From Candidatus Altimarinota bacterium (GTDB lineage: Bacteria; Patescibacteriota; Gracilibacteria; UBA4473): a stretch of 64,000 bases of DNA. The first letter of the stretch is position 1. The number at the start of each line of letters is the position of its first letter. A program made the position numbers and the translations under genes. Location of the stretch: the NCBI GenBank assembly GCA_965231215.1, contig OZ246423.1, positions 672,001-736,000 on the forward strand, written 5' to 3'. Under the pieces are notes generated by a model. It saw nothing but the letters and a program-made list of their open reading frames with translations, did not search any database and was not told the origin of the DNA. Of the stretch, positions 9,390-19,884 are shown in pieces.

Positions 9390-11306
9390 TTAGTAGTTAG
9401 TGTCTTTAGGTTCTTCGGAATTTTCATCTGAAGATGCTTCTTTTTTGCCCATCCACCCGAATGGCTTTTTTACCAAATTGCCCACTTTCTCAGCTCCAGA
9501 CTTGGTCGCGTCGAAGCTAGACTTACCAAAGGCTTTAGCACTCCCAGCCATGCCGGCATTGGTACCAGTAGAACTCTTTCCTTCTTGGTTTTGCAGGATG
9601 TAGGTTTCTAAATCTTCTAAAAAAAATGGGCGCCCATTCCATTTCAGTAACTGCCCAGCAAAGTGATGTTCAGTGTGCTGCTGGATGAGGCTTCCCAGTT
9701 GGCCGGAATGATTTCCTTCAACCAGATGCACATTTTTATTATCTTTAAAAAACTGTTTCAACTTTTCAGTTTTGAGTGGCCAGAGGTAGCTGAAGTGTAA
9801 ATAGTTTACTTTTCGTCCTTCTTTCTCATGCTCAGCAATAGCGTCTAACATAATGTTTTTGCTGCTGCCCCAACCTACGAAGGAGATATCGGCATCAGCC
9901 ACTTCCCCATAAACTTCTGGCTCTGGGGTATGCGCTTTAATGATTTCGAGTTTTCGGCATCGTTTTTCGTACATATGCCCGGCACTTTCTTCTTCGTCCA
10001 AGGTTCCATCTGGGCCGTGTTCGTCTCCATTAGCGAAGTAGTAAGCCTCGCTCGATCCTGGAATCCAGCGTTTGGAAACGCCGCTTTCGGTTAAAGCGTA
10101 ACGATCTGTGTTTTTAAGATTTTTAAGGTCGTCTCCCTCAACGAGCCCTCGTTTGATCATAATTTTGTTTTGTTCAAAGGGTTTTATGGTCACCAGGGTT
10201 TCAGCAATGTTTTTATCCGAGAGGACAATCACCGGAATTTGGTACTCCTCGGCAAAATTAAAAGCGTGTTGAATGAGATCAAAACAGTCTTCTGGATCGC
10301 TTACGCCAATCACCATCCGAGCAAACTCCCCGTGTGAAGAATAAAGGGCTAAATTTAAATCTCCTTGCCCAGTCCAAGTAGGGAGCCCTGTGCCCGGGCC
10401 GGGTCTTTGCACGACAATACAGACGAAGGGCGTTTCGATAATTCCAGAAAGACTAACGGTTTCGGTCATCAGGTCGTACCCTCCGCCAGAAGTGGCACAC
10501 AAAGCGCGGGTTCCCGCGTGCATAGACCCTAGGGTTAAGTTAGCCACGGTGATTTCATCTTCTCCTTGCTTTACGACATAACCGAACTCTTTTTGGTGGT
10601 TAGCCATGTGGGTCAAAATAGAACTAGAAGGGCTCATTGGATAAGCATAATAAGCCCGAACTCCAGCCTGGATAGCCCCTAGAGCCAGACTGTAATTCCC
10701 GTCAATAAAGATTGTTTTTTCATTGTTTTCTGGAAGGGCTAAAGGTTTTAGAGATTCAGAGCGTTCGTATCCAAGGCGAGCACACTCAATATTTGGGGGA
10801 ATGATTTTTGGCTTATGAGCAAATTGCGCTTGGATTTCTGCTTCTAGGTTTTCAAATGGCAGACCTAAAACCTTCCAGGTCATTCCCAGCAAAACGGTGT
10901 TTTTCATAAGATGATTGCCGCCGGCTTCTTCGGTAACTTCACGGGCATTTTGATGCACTACTTTGGCGTGTTTTTTTTCGGCTTTATCGAGGATTTCTTT
11001 AATCCCATTGAGTCTTTCATATCCGTGAATAAGGATTCCATTTTCAGATAAGGTATCAATGTAATGAGCCATGCAGGGTTTATCTATGGCCACCATGATA
11101 TCGGGAGTTTGCGATAGAGCGTGAATTTTTTTGGTTGAGAGATTGAGGGTAAAACAAGAAGTACCGCCTTTGATCAAAGAGGGATATTCTCGATCCGCTA
11201 CAACATAAAATCCGAGATTTTCGAGTCCCTTAGCCAAAATGGTTCCAGTAGAGAGCAAGCCCCCATATCCTGAATGCCCCACAACGCGTATACGAACTCT
11301 TTCCAT
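9390..11306 (-). CDS. 2-oxoacid:acceptor oxidoreductase alpha subunit (gamma-alpha fusion)
   Basis: EYPSLIKGG, YPMSPSS, EDEI, TSGGG, QRPGPGTGLPT. Confidence 0.93.
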   Translation of the reverse strand: MERVRIRVVGHSGYGGLLSTGTILAKGLENLGFYVVADREYPSLIKGGTSCFTLNLSTKKIHALSQTPDIMVAIDKPCMAHYIDTLSENGILIHGYERLNGIKEILDKAEKKHAKVVHQNAREVTEEAGGNHLMKNTVLLGMTWKVLGLPFENLEAEIQAQFAHKPKIIPPNIECARLGYERSESLKPLALPENNEKTIFIDGNYSLALGAIQAGVRAYYAYPMSPSSSILTHMANHQKEFGYVVKQGEDEITVANLTLGSMHAGTRALCATSGGGYDLMTETVSLSGIIETPFVCIVVQRPGPGTGLPTWTGQGDLNLALYSSHGEFARMVIGVSDPEDCFDLIQHAFNFAEEYQIPVIVLSDKNIAETLVTIKPFEQNKIMIKRGLVEGDDLKNLKNTDRYALTESGVSKRWIPGSSEAYYFANGDEHGPDGTLDEEESAGHMYEKRCRKLEIIKAHTPEPEVYGEVADADISFVGWGSSKNIMLDAIAEHEKEGRKVNYLHFSYLWPLKTEKLKQFFKDNKNVHLVEGNHSGQLGSLIQQHTEHHFAGQLLKWNGRPFFLEDLETYILQNQEGKSSTGTNAGMAGSAKAFGKSSFDATKSGAEKVGNLVKKPFGWMGKKEASSDENSEEPKDTNY

Positions 11307-11308
11307 GT

Positions 11309-11758
11309 TTAAATTTTTGTAATAAGTGTATTAGTCCAATCCTTAACCTTATTTTCTAGCTGAGGGAGTGGAGATTTGTTAATTTTCAGAGCCTCACACA
11401 GGAGGGTCCCCTTATGGCTTTTAACATACTCCTCCAAAATATTGGCCGATTCAATATTATAATCTGTATCATACCGAGAGTCCCCTAATCCGACTACGGC
11501 GCAGCGCTGCCCCTGAAGATCTAAGTGTTGAATTCTCGGCCAAAAGGATTTTTTAAAGTGATCTTCTAGTTCTCCGTGCTCATAAGTAGAACAGCCTAAA
11601 ATAAGGAGGTCATGGCCCGTAAGATGGTCTTCTGGAAAGTGTTCACACCGATGGATGGCTACCTGGTGTGCGGCTTCTTGGAGTAAAACGGCAATATATT
11701 CACAGACCATTTTGGTATTTCCACTGTTGGAACCGAAAACTATTTGTATGTTTGCCAT
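11309..11758 (-). CDS. flavodoxin
   Basis: FGSNSGNT FMN loop, GCSTY, GLGDSRY. Confidence 0.92.
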   Translation of the reverse strand: MANIQIVFGSNSGNTKMVCEYIAVLLQEAAHQVAIHRCEHFPEDHLTGHDLLILGCSTYEHGELEDHFKKSFWPRIQHLDLQGQRCAVVGLGDSRYDTDYNIESANILEEYVKSHKGTLLCEALKINKSPLPQLENKVKDWTNTLITKI

Positions 11759-11922
11759 TTGTGTTCGAATTTATTTTCGCGAAAGTTGGCTAAATCACCA
11801 GAAAAAGTTACAGAATTGTGCTTGACGCGCTTTATTTTCTGATCAACAATTAAGTGTAAAAAATACAGTTGATAAAAAACATAGTTCATGTATAATACAA
11901 GGTATTTGTTTTAAACTCTTAA

Positions 11923-13809
11923 ATGACCAAACTTATCAAACTTCATAAACGAAAATTTGTTTTAGGACTCGCAATCTTGGCTTTATTTGTAGGATTTAAG
12001 GTTTTACAACACTCTAAAGGGCCTGAAAAAGAAGCGCAACAAGAAACAAACCAAACCGGAGCGGTAGAAAAGCAAGCGAGCACCATTTCTTTTGGGAGTT
12101 GGGATCCAGAGGCTTTTAGGGAGGTTTTGGGAACGGTTGAATCAGATAGCGAGGTGAATGTTAAAGCGGAGCTTTCAGGAACCATCGATTCGGTTTTAGT
12201 AAAGGTAGGTGATACTGTCGGGAAAGGACAAACAATTGCTCGCTACAAGATTGCTGGAGACCCGACAGCTATTAATTATCAAAGTGCACTCAATAGTTTA
12301 CAAACGACCAAGCTTTCTTCAGAAAATAGTGTTAGATCTTCTGAGATCGCTCTCCAGAACGCTAAAGATTCTTTGGCTCAGACTATCGCTCAACAAGACC
12401 AAACTTATGCTCAGGCTTACGAAGCCCTAAAGGTGGCGGCTCGAAATACAGAAAATGTGATTGCCAATGCGTTAGATGTTTTGGATCAGTTTTTGCTCTA
12501 CTCAAACAAATATCGGTTTAACCAAGCCCTTTCTTATTACCGAGTAGGCAATAATAATACAATTGAAGAGTCCGCACTAAAATCCATAGCGGGGCAGAAA
12601 TACCAAGAATTTAAAAGGCTTCAGGATCTTCCCTACAAGGCGACCGAAGCCCAGGTTATTAGCTATGCTAACGCCCGGCTTAATGTAGCTAAGGATTTGA
12701 GAGAGGCGGTAACGCGCCTAGAACAGCTGGTTGAAAAATCTACTATTTCTGACAATCTTTCAGAAGCGCAAAAACAAACATTTGTAGCCAGTGTGGAAGG
12801 CTTGCAGTCCCAAATTAATGGCGAGGTTTCCTCGCTGCAGTCTCAAATAGAATCAGCCAAAGGGGTTCGTGAACAAGTGCGGCTTGGCATCTTAAATGCC
12901 CAAAATGCCGTTAAAAGTGCAGAGCAAAATCTAGAACTCGCTCAAGCGCAGGCCGACGCCAGCGTGATTGGGGCGCAAAACCAAGTAAACTTAGCAGCGG
13001 CCTCACAAGCAGATTTATATGTAAAAGCGCCTATTGCTGGAAAAGTTTCTGAAAAAACAGTCAATGTGGGAGATTTAGTAAGTCCAGGGAGCCCCCTGTT
13101 TTCAATTGTGAATGAACAAGCCAATAAGAAAGTAGTAGCTTTCCTCACCCTTGAAGAATGGGAAAGTGCTAGTAAGGCAGACACCGTTGAAGTGAGAGTA
13201 GGAAATCAGAGTTATGCTGTAACGGATATTTTTCTCAGTCCGAAGCTCAACACTCAAACCCAAAAAGTACTGGCGGAGTTCACGATTCCAGGAGGCATAA
13301 CCTTAGTAGGGAACTTGGCCAAAGTTTTGGTGCCATTTGGATCTAGCAACGAGAATCCCAACATGGTCCCTTTCTCGGCTGTTTCCTTTGAACCAGATGG
13401 AGCTGAGGTGTTAGTCTTAGGGGCGGATAATATTGCGGAAAGAAGAAAAGTTCAGGTAGGAAAAGTAGTAGTCAGCAGTATTGAAATTATAGGCGGATTA
13501 GAACCAGAAGACCAAGTGGTAGAGTACTACAAAAGAGCTTTGCCAGGGGAGCGAATAGTTCATGAAAAAGTAAAAAAAGTAAAATCGGTGAAACTTTCTA
13601 GCCAATTCACCGATGAAGAAATCATCCAAATGATTGGAGGAGTTCAGGAAGTTGATGCTGAAAAAATAGAGCTGGCAAGGGCTCTTATTGATGATCCAGA
13701 ATTTTTAGAATTTATGGAAATCACCGAAGAAGATGTGGCCAGCCTAAAAATCGACATGCCAGAATCAGAGGAAGAAATAAAAGAAGTATTCGGTCAGTTT
13801 CTTAACTAA
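11923..13809 (+). CDS. RND efflux periplasmic adaptor (membrane fusion protein) with long coiled coil
   Basis: N-terminal TM, lipoyl half-motifs (V.VGD.V..GQ; KAPIAG.V), adjacent to RND permease. Confidence 0.88.
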   Translation: MTKLIKLHKRKFVLGLAILALFVGFKVLQHSKGPEKEAQQETNQTGAVEKQASTISFGSWDPEAFREVLGTVESDSEVNVKAELSGTIDSVLVKVGDTVGKGQTIARYKIAGDPTAINYQSALNSLQTTKLSSENSVRSSEIALQNAKDSLAQTIAQQDQTYAQAYEALKVAARNTENVIANALDVLDQFLLYSNKYRFNQALSYYRVGNNNTIEESALKSIAGQKYQEFKRLQDLPYKATEAQVISYANARLNVAKDLREAVTRLEQLVEKSTISDNLSEAQKQTFVASVEGLQSQINGEVSSLQSQIESAKGVREQVRLGILNAQNAVKSAEQNLELAQAQADASVIGAQNQVNLAAASQADLYVKAPIAGKVSEKTVNVGDLVSPGSPLFSIVNEQANKKVVAFLTLEEWESASKADTVEVRVGNQSYAVTDIFLSPKLNTQTQKVLAEFTIPGGITLVGNLAKVLVPFGSSNENPNMVPFSAVSFEPDGAEVLVLGADNIAERRKVQVGKVVVSSIEIIGGLEPEDQVVEYYKRALPGERIVHEKVKKVKSVKLSSQFTDEEIIQMIGGVQEVDAEKIELARALIDDPEFLEFMEITEEDVASLKIDMPESEEEIKEVFGQFLN

Positions 13810-16800
13810 TGTCACAAAACCTTTCTCAGCTTTGGACCTTTTTTCTCGAACGATTTCGGGTGACGTTATTGTTTAGCCTGTTGTTTTTCATTTTTGGGCT
13901 CTTTTCTTACAACTCTATGCCGCAAGAAAATACGCCAGATATTGAAATTCCTATCGTTGTTGTAACCACTATTTGGCCAGGGGCTACTGCCGAAGACATG
14001 GAAAACCTAGTAACCGATAAGATTGAAACAGAGATTAAAAATGTTGATGACTTAAAAGAGTATAGCTCTACCTCAGCCCCAGGAATTTCCAGCATTGTAG
14101 CTGAGTTTGAGATTGGGACTGATATGACCGAAAATACCAACAAAATTGAAGATGCGGTTGATGATGCTCTGCCAAAATTGCCGGACTCTCTGCCTGATGA
14201 TCCAAATATTGAACAGGCTAATATCTCCTCTGTCCCAATTTTAACATTGGCACTTTCTGGAGACTACGCTTATTCGCAGCTCAAACAATTTGCCGAAAAC
14301 CTTTCAGATGATTTAGAGACTATTGACGGGGTTAAAGAAGCCCGACTTTCTGGAGTGCCAGATGAACAATTCCACTTTTATATTGATCCAATTAAGCTCC
14401 AGGGGCTTGGGCTTTCCTTGGATGAGGTGACGCAAAAGATTCGACTCGCCCACCAAGACATTCCTCTTGGAGCGATTAAAGTTAGGGGAGAATCTGTGGA
14501 TGTAAGAATTTCTGGAGAAATAGAATCGGTTCAAGAGTTTATGACTTTACCTATCCAAACCGCCAATGGACAAGTCATTCGGCTTGAAGATATTGGAGAA
14601 GTTCGACGGGAGTTTGATGAACTCACTGTTGAAAAATTTATTTCCACAGGGAGTCCTTCAGAACGTTTCGTGGCGATTGATATTCTTAAAGCAGAGACCA
14701 AAACTAATATCCCAAAAACGGTCGAAACCATTTTAGAAAAAGTAGAAGAATACAAGAACGAAGGCCTTTTTCCAGCCAACTTAAAAACCAATATTGTCTT
14801 TAACTCGGCTGAAGATATTGAAAAAAGTTTAGGAGAACTATTTGATAGTGGGTTCCAGACACTTCTTGTAATTGGTATTGTACTGCTCTTGGCTTTGGGG
14901 TGGAGAGAGTCCATACTCGCTTTTGTGGCGGTTCCATTAACGCTGCTTATGGCGATCATGGGACTGTATTTGATTGGAGAAACCTTTAATTTTCTTTCGC
15001 TTTTTGCCCTAGTGCTTGCGTTGGGGCTCTTGGTAGATAATGCCATTATTATGACCGAAGGAATCTCAGAAGGGATTTATGCCAAGAAGATGACTCCACT
15101 GGAGGCCGCAAAAGACTCCTTATATCAATTTAGATGGCCGGTAATCACTGGGACGACGACGACCATGTTTGCCTTTGTGCCAATGTTGTTTATGATTTCA
15201 GGAATTTCTGGGGAGTTTATTGAGGGGATCCCCAAAACGGTAATTTTGGTGCTCTCTGCTTCCCTCTTTGTATCCCTGTTTATTTTGCCGGTATTCGGAG
15301 TGATGTTTTTTCACTTATTCCCGCCACAGTCTCATAGAGACCCAAAAATTATGAACAAGGCGAAGTCATACTACCAAAAATTTATGATCTACATCTTTGC
15401 CAAAAAAAGAAGAGTTTATGCAACGCTAGGCTTGTCTTTTTTGACGATGATATTCGCGTTTTGGCTTCCCGCCACTGGCAGGGTGTCAGTGGAGATTTTC
15501 CCCCCATCAGATGAAAACTTTTTTACAGCTTCTATTGAGGCTCCAGCCGGAACAGACTTAGAAACGATGAAGGCTTTATTGCCAGAAGTAGATGCCGTGT
15601 TTCTTCCTTATTTTGAAGAAGAGGATAGATGGCTTAAAAATTTCCAAATATCTGTCGGTGAATTTTCTCCCTATGACCCAAACAATGATGGGCGTAATGG
15701 AAGTGTTGGGTCTAATGAGAATGTTATTGGGATCACCATTAATCTTTTTGATAAAACGGAGCGAAATATTTCGTCTCTAGATCTTTCTCCAAAAGTTCGT
15801 GAAGATCTAAAAGCCGCATTGCCCGGCTATCTAGATGTTAAAATTTCAGAAGTACAATCAGGGCCTCCAGGAGGAGACCAGCCTATCAAAGTGGAGATGA
15901 CGAGTGAAGACGTTAACCGCCTCAATCTGCTTGTAAAGGAAATGGGGAAAAGTCTGGAATCAATGACACTCCCCAATGGGGCTAAACTTAAAAATATTTC
16001 TGACAACCAAGGAGATCCAGTGCCCCAAATGACGTGGCGATTTGATAGAGAAAAATTAGACCGATACAATCTTACTCCAGGTTCACTTCAACAAACCCTG
16101 CGAGCGGGGATTGAAGGTATTACTATTTTAGAAATCAGTGAAGGCACTGAAGAAATTGACGTAGATGCGCGGTTTGATTTCCAAGGAAATCGAATCTGGG
16201 AAAATCCAGAATCACTCGATATTTTATCTCAAATCCCAATCAAAACCCCAACAGGCGACTTTATCAAGCTTTCTGATGTAGCGGATTTTAAAATTGTATT
16301 AGAGCAAACCAGCTTCAAACACCTAGACGGAAAAAGAACCATTTCTGTAGGAGCCGCTATTGAAGGTTCAGCTACAGCGGCCCAATTTACTCCACAACTC
16401 GAAGAAGCCATTGCCGCTCTATCAACGCAAGCGGGAGATCAAGTAAACATTGGAGGGGATAATGAAGAGTCCTCTCGGTTGGTTACAGAGATGGGATTGG
16501 CCATGCTTTTGGCGGTATTTCTCATTCTGGGAGTACTGATTTTACAGTTTGATTCTTTCCTTGAAGCCGGAGTGATTATTTCACTCCTTCCCCTTTCGCT
16601 TACGGGAGTGTTCCTTGGGTTCTGGCTTTCTGGAACACCGGTTTCTTTTCCGACGATGATTGGGATTGTGGCGCTGGCAGGAATTATTGTAAATGATGCC
16701 ATTGTGCTTATTTCTCAGATCAATACCAACAACCGAATTATTCCCAATAAAATAGAATCGTTTATTGAATCTGGAACTTCACGAATGCAGCCAATTATTT

Positions 16801-17015
16801 TGACCTCTATTACGACTATTTTTGGGTTACTTCCGCTGGCACTTTCTGATCCCATTTGGGAAGGGCTTGGTTTGGCTATTATCTATGGAATGACTTTGGC
16901 GACATTCCTTACAGTCGTATTAGTACCGTGTTTAATTATTTTCTTTGAAGACTTTAATAGTTTTGTTTTTCGGATAGTAATCTGGCCGTTTAAATTTTTT
17001 AGAAGAAATGTCTAG
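13809..17015 (+). CDS. AcrB/AcrD/AcrF family RND permease
   Basis: GLLVDNAII, GIIVNDAIVL, SRMQPIILTS motifs; 1068 aa. Confidence 0.95.
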   Translation: MSQNLSQLWTFFLERFRVTLLFSLLFFIFGLFSYNSMPQENTPDIEIPIVVVTTIWPGATAEDMENLVTDKIETEIKNVDDLKEYSSTSAPGISSIVAEFEIGTDMTENTNKIEDAVDDALPKLPDSLPDDPNIEQANISSVPILTLALSGDYAYSQLKQFAENLSDDLETIDGVKEARLSGVPDEQFHFYIDPIKLQGLGLSLDEVTQKIRLAHQDIPLGAIKVRGESVDVRISGEIESVQEFMTLPIQTANGQVIRLEDIGEVRREFDELTVEKFISTGSPSERFVAIDILKAETKTNIPKTVETILEKVEEYKNEGLFPANLKTNIVFNSAEDIEKSLGELFDSGFQTLLVIGIVLLLALGWRESILAFVAVPLTLLMAIMGLYLIGETFNFLSLFALVLALGLLVDNAIIMTEGISEGIYAKKMTPLEAAKDSLYQFRWPVITGTTTTMFAFVPMLFMISGISGEFIEGIPKTVILVLSASLFVSLFILPVFGVMFFHLFPPQSHRDPKIMNKAKSYYQKFMIYIFAKKRRVYATLGLSFLTMIFAFWLPATGRVSVEIFPPSDENFFTASIEAPAGTDLETMKALLPEVDAVFLPYFEEEDRWLKNFQISVGEFSPYDPNNDGRNGSVGSNENVIGITINLFDKTERNISSLDLSPKVREDLKAALPGYLDVKISEVQSGPPGGDQPIKVEMTSEDVNRLNLLVKEMGKSLESMTLPNGAKLKNISDNQGDPVPQMTWRFDREKLDRYNLTPGSLQQTLRAGIEGITILEISEGTEEIDVDARFDFQGNRIWENPESLDILSQIPIKTPTGDFIKLSDVADFKIVLEQTSFKHLDGKRTISVGAAIEGSATAAQFTPQLEEAIAALSTQAGDQVNIGGDNEESSRLVTEMGLAMLLAVFLILGVLILQFDSFLEAGVIISLLPLSLTGVFLGFWLSGTPVSFPTMIGIVALAGIIVNDAIVLISQINTNNRIIPNKIESFIESGTSRMQPIILTSITTIFGLLPLALSDPIWEGLGLAIIYGMTLATFLTVVLVPCLIIFFEDFNSFVFRIVIWPFKFFRRNV

Positions 17016-17265
17016 TTCGGAGGGAGTCCCTAAAAAAATTTTGGATGAAGGCTTACGTGTTAGCAATTTAGAATGAGTTAAGCCTGGGGATTTAGTTGAA
17101 GCTAAGCGAGACGTTAGAGGTTCGGTAGAAACCTTAGTAAAGGGCGTTAAATATCGTGTTGAAAAATTTGTACCTTCAGATTTAGGAACTTGTACAAGGC
17201 ATTTGCGTTTAAAGTTAGAAGGGCATCAAGGGAATTTTAATCTCAAACGTTTTAAAAAGTGTTAA
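17008..17265 (+). pseudogene. small SH3-like protein interrupted by one in-frame TGA (17074-17076)
   Basis: ATG at 17008 to TAA at 17265 is one frame except a single TGA: MSSSEGVPKKILDEGLRVSNLE*VKPGDLVEAKRDVRGSVETLVKGVKYRVEKF...LKLEGHQGNFNLKRFKKC. Confidence 0.6.
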
Positions 17266-17268
17266 AAT

Positions 17269-17691
17269 TTGAAAGTGAAAACTGATCAGTCCAGAATTGA
17301 TTTTTTAGACGGAAATACTTTTGATTCAGAATTTTTACTATTTGAAAATATTATCGTTGATCGAGGTTCTAAATACTCGGTGAGTGGAGGGACTATTCAG
17401 AATCGAGAGGAAGCTAAAGCGTTTCTAAAACGGCTTAAATCAGATAAGAAGTATGCAAAAGCTACCCATAACACCTGGGCGGCACGGATAAGTAAGAGTG
17501 GGCAGATTTGGGAAACCAAAAACGATGATGGAGAAACGGGTGCGGGGGCAGTAATTCTCCGAATTTTACAAAAAGAAAACTATACCAACTGTATTGTGGT
17601 GGTAACGCGTTGGTTTGGCGGGAAAAAACTTGGAACAGATCGTTATAAACATGTTCAAGAGGCGACTAAGTATCTGATTTCCAACCACTAA
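17269..17691 (+). CDS. YigZ/IMPACT family protein
   Basis: DRGSKY, ATHNTWA, DDGE.GAG, VVVTRWFGGKKLG. Confidence 0.9.
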   Translation: MKVKTDQSRIDFLDGNTFDSEFLLFENIIVDRGSKYSVSGGTIQNREEAKAFLKRLKSDKKYAKATHNTWAARISKSGQIWETKNDDGETGAGAVILRILQKENYTNCIVVVTRWFGGKKLGTDRYKHVQEATKYLISNH

Positions 17692-18095
17692 TTTTTACCA
17701 AGTGCAACCTTTATTTTTCGTAAAGTAGCTTTTGATCTTTCTTGAGCACGGAGGACCCTAACTTCAATCTCCTTTACCATTTCTTTTTTAAGTCTTGATA
17801 GAAGCTCTTTCTCTTTTTCAGAAACTCGCCCCCCCTTCTTGGGTCGAATGTCTCCAAATCCTTTTACTCTTTTTCTTAGGTATTTGACAGCTTCTTCCAT
17901 TCTCGATTCACCTTTGTTTAGATGGTTCAAGAATTGTATAGCCATTATTTCCTCTTTGCGATCGGTAGAGTTTAGTTGATTCCTCACAATTTCTTCAGAA
18001 TTGGCAATGAGGTTTTCCATGGAGTCAGCTTCTTCACTGGGATTTTCAGACACTGATGGATCGTCGAAATGTTCTTCGATTGATAGATCTTTCAT
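17688..18095 (-). CDS. hypothetical protein
   Basis: 135-aa charged ORF with TTGACA upstream. Confidence 0.6.
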   Translation of the reverse strand: MKDLSIEEHFDDPSVSENPSEEADSMENLIANSEEIVRNQLNSTDRKEEIMAIQFLNHLNKGESRMEEAVKYLRKRVKGFGDIRPKKGGRVSEKEKELLSRLKKEMVKEIEVRVLRAQERSKATLRKIKVALGKN

Positions 18096-18174
18096 TATTT
18101 TCTTTTTACAACTTTTTATGTCTTTGTCAAAAACTTTACTTTTTTAGTGTTTCTAATAGATTCGAAGCCTTAGT

Positions 18175-19884
18175 ATGAAGCAAGTAAAAATCTTCGGAGC
18201 GAGACAAAAAGTACACCATGCAGAACTCGTGGAAAAGTTTTTGTGCCAAATTGTAAAAGACCCCCCAAAGTCAGGAAAAAAATTAGAACAAAAAAAGTAT
18301 GAATTTTCAGCCAAAGAACAAATTCCTACTATACAAAATCGGGATTTAATTGTGGTAGCCAGACTGCGAGATTACAAGCTTCCAAGTGGACTAGAAAATC
18401 TGCTTAAAAAACGTTCAGTGAGGACTATTTCTGGGGTTTCTCCGATCGGGATTTTGACTAAGCCGTACCCGTGTCCTGGGCGATGTGTGTACTGTCCTAC
18501 CGAGGATCGGATGCCTAAGAGTTACATGTCTAACCAGCCAGCAGCCGCGAGAGCCGTACGGAACAAATTCCATCCCTACAAACAAGTTTTTAATCGCCTT
18601 ACGGCTTTGCAAGAATCGGGGCATCCAACCTCTAAATTAGAAATTATTGTGATGGGAGGCACGTGGAGTTTTTTGCCGCATAAATACCAAAGCTGGTACA
18701 TCAAAAAGTGTTTTGATGCTGCCAATGAATTTGGAATGACCGAAAGCCAAAAAAAAGCGTATCGCAAAAAAACGACAACGCTCAAAAAATCACAAGACTG
18801 GAACGAAACCGCTGATCATAGAATTATTGGACTAACCCTAGAAACGCGACCAGATTTTATCAATGAACGAGAGCTCGTGCGTATGCGTCGATATGGATGT
18901 ACACGTATTGAAATTGGAGTACAAACGCTAGACGATGAAGTCCAAAGATTGACCAAACGAGGACATGATAGACGTCATGTCATCAAAGCCATGAAGTGGA
19001 TGAAAGACTTCGGGTTCAAAATCTGCTGGCACCTGATGCCCGGGCTTCCGGGAACGACTCTAGAAAAAGATCTCAAATGGATGGAAGAAGTGTTTACCAA
19101 TCCAGATTTTTGTCCAGATTTTGTAAAAATTTATCCATGCGTGGTCTTAGAAACCGCTGAGCTTAAAGAATGGTGGGAAGATGGAAAATATGAACCCTAC
19201 CGAGATGCAGAATTGGTAAAATTACTCACACAGTTTCAAATATTTGTGCCTGAGTGGACACGGATTATGCGATTGATGCGAGATATTCCAGTCAGCAATA
19301 TTTTAGATGGAGCTAAATTTTCGAATCTCCGCCAAATTCTCCAAAACCAACCAGAGAAACTAAAAGAAATTGTCGGAGAAGACTTTTACCAAAAGCACAA
19401 TCTCAAAGAAAAAAGCTATATTTTCCGAGACATTAGAGCCCGAGAAATTGGATTTGCGGATCTTCAAAAACATCCACAACTTAAAGAGTGCAAACTAAAA
19501 ATTGTACGTCGAGATTACCAAGCCAGTGAGGGGTTAGAGACTTTTCTTAGCTTTGAAGATGAAACGGAAGAACATTTATTTGCTTTGCTCAGGCTCCGGA
19601 AACCTAGTGATCAAAAATTCCATCATTTCCGATCGGTCTTTCACAAGGCAGCATTTATCCGAGAAGTGCATTCTTATGGAGGAGAAATTTCTGTGGGAAA
19701 GGGGGAAGGGCTTGGGCAACATCGAGGGCTTGGCAAAAAACTTATTGCAGAAGCCGAACGTATTACTAAAGAGGAATGGAAACTAAATCGCATAACTATT
19801 ATTGCTGGGATTGGTACCCGAGAATACTACAAAAAATGGGGCTATGAATGTGTTAGCACGTATATGACGAAAAAATTATCATGA
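18175..19884 (+). CDS. Elp3-family radical SAM/acetyltransferase (tRNA U34 modification)
   Basis: CPGRCVYCP, MGGT, ETRPD, KIYP, REVH.YG, QHRGLGK, IAGIGTREYY. Confidence 0.95.
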   Translation: MKQVKIFGARQKVHHAELVEKFLCQIVKDPPKSGKKLEQKKYEFSAKEQIPTIQNRDLIVVARLRDYKLPSGLENLLKKRSVRTISGVSPIGILTKPYPCPGRCVYCPTEDRMPKSYMSNQPAAARAVRNKFHPYKQVFNRLTALQESGHPTSKLEIIVMGGTWSFLPHKYQSWYIKKCFDAANEFGMTESQKKAYRKKTTTLKKSQDWNETADHRIIGLTLETRPDFINERELVRMRRYGCTRIEIGVQTLDDEVQRLTKRGHDRRHVIKAMKWMKDFGFKICWHLMPGLPGTTLEKDLKWMEEVFTNPDFCPDFVKIYPCVVLETAELKEWWEDGKYEPYRDAELVKLLTQFQIFVPEWTRIMRLMRDIPVSNILDGAKFSNLRQILQNQPEKLKEIVGEDFYQKHNLKEKSYIFRDIRAREIGFADLQKHPQLKECKLKIVRRDYQASEGLETFLSFEDETEEHLFALLRLRKPSDQKFHHFRSVFHKAAFIREVHSYGGEISVGKGEGLGQHRGLGKKLIAEAERITKEEWKLNRITIIAGIGTREYYKKWGYECVSTYMTKKLS

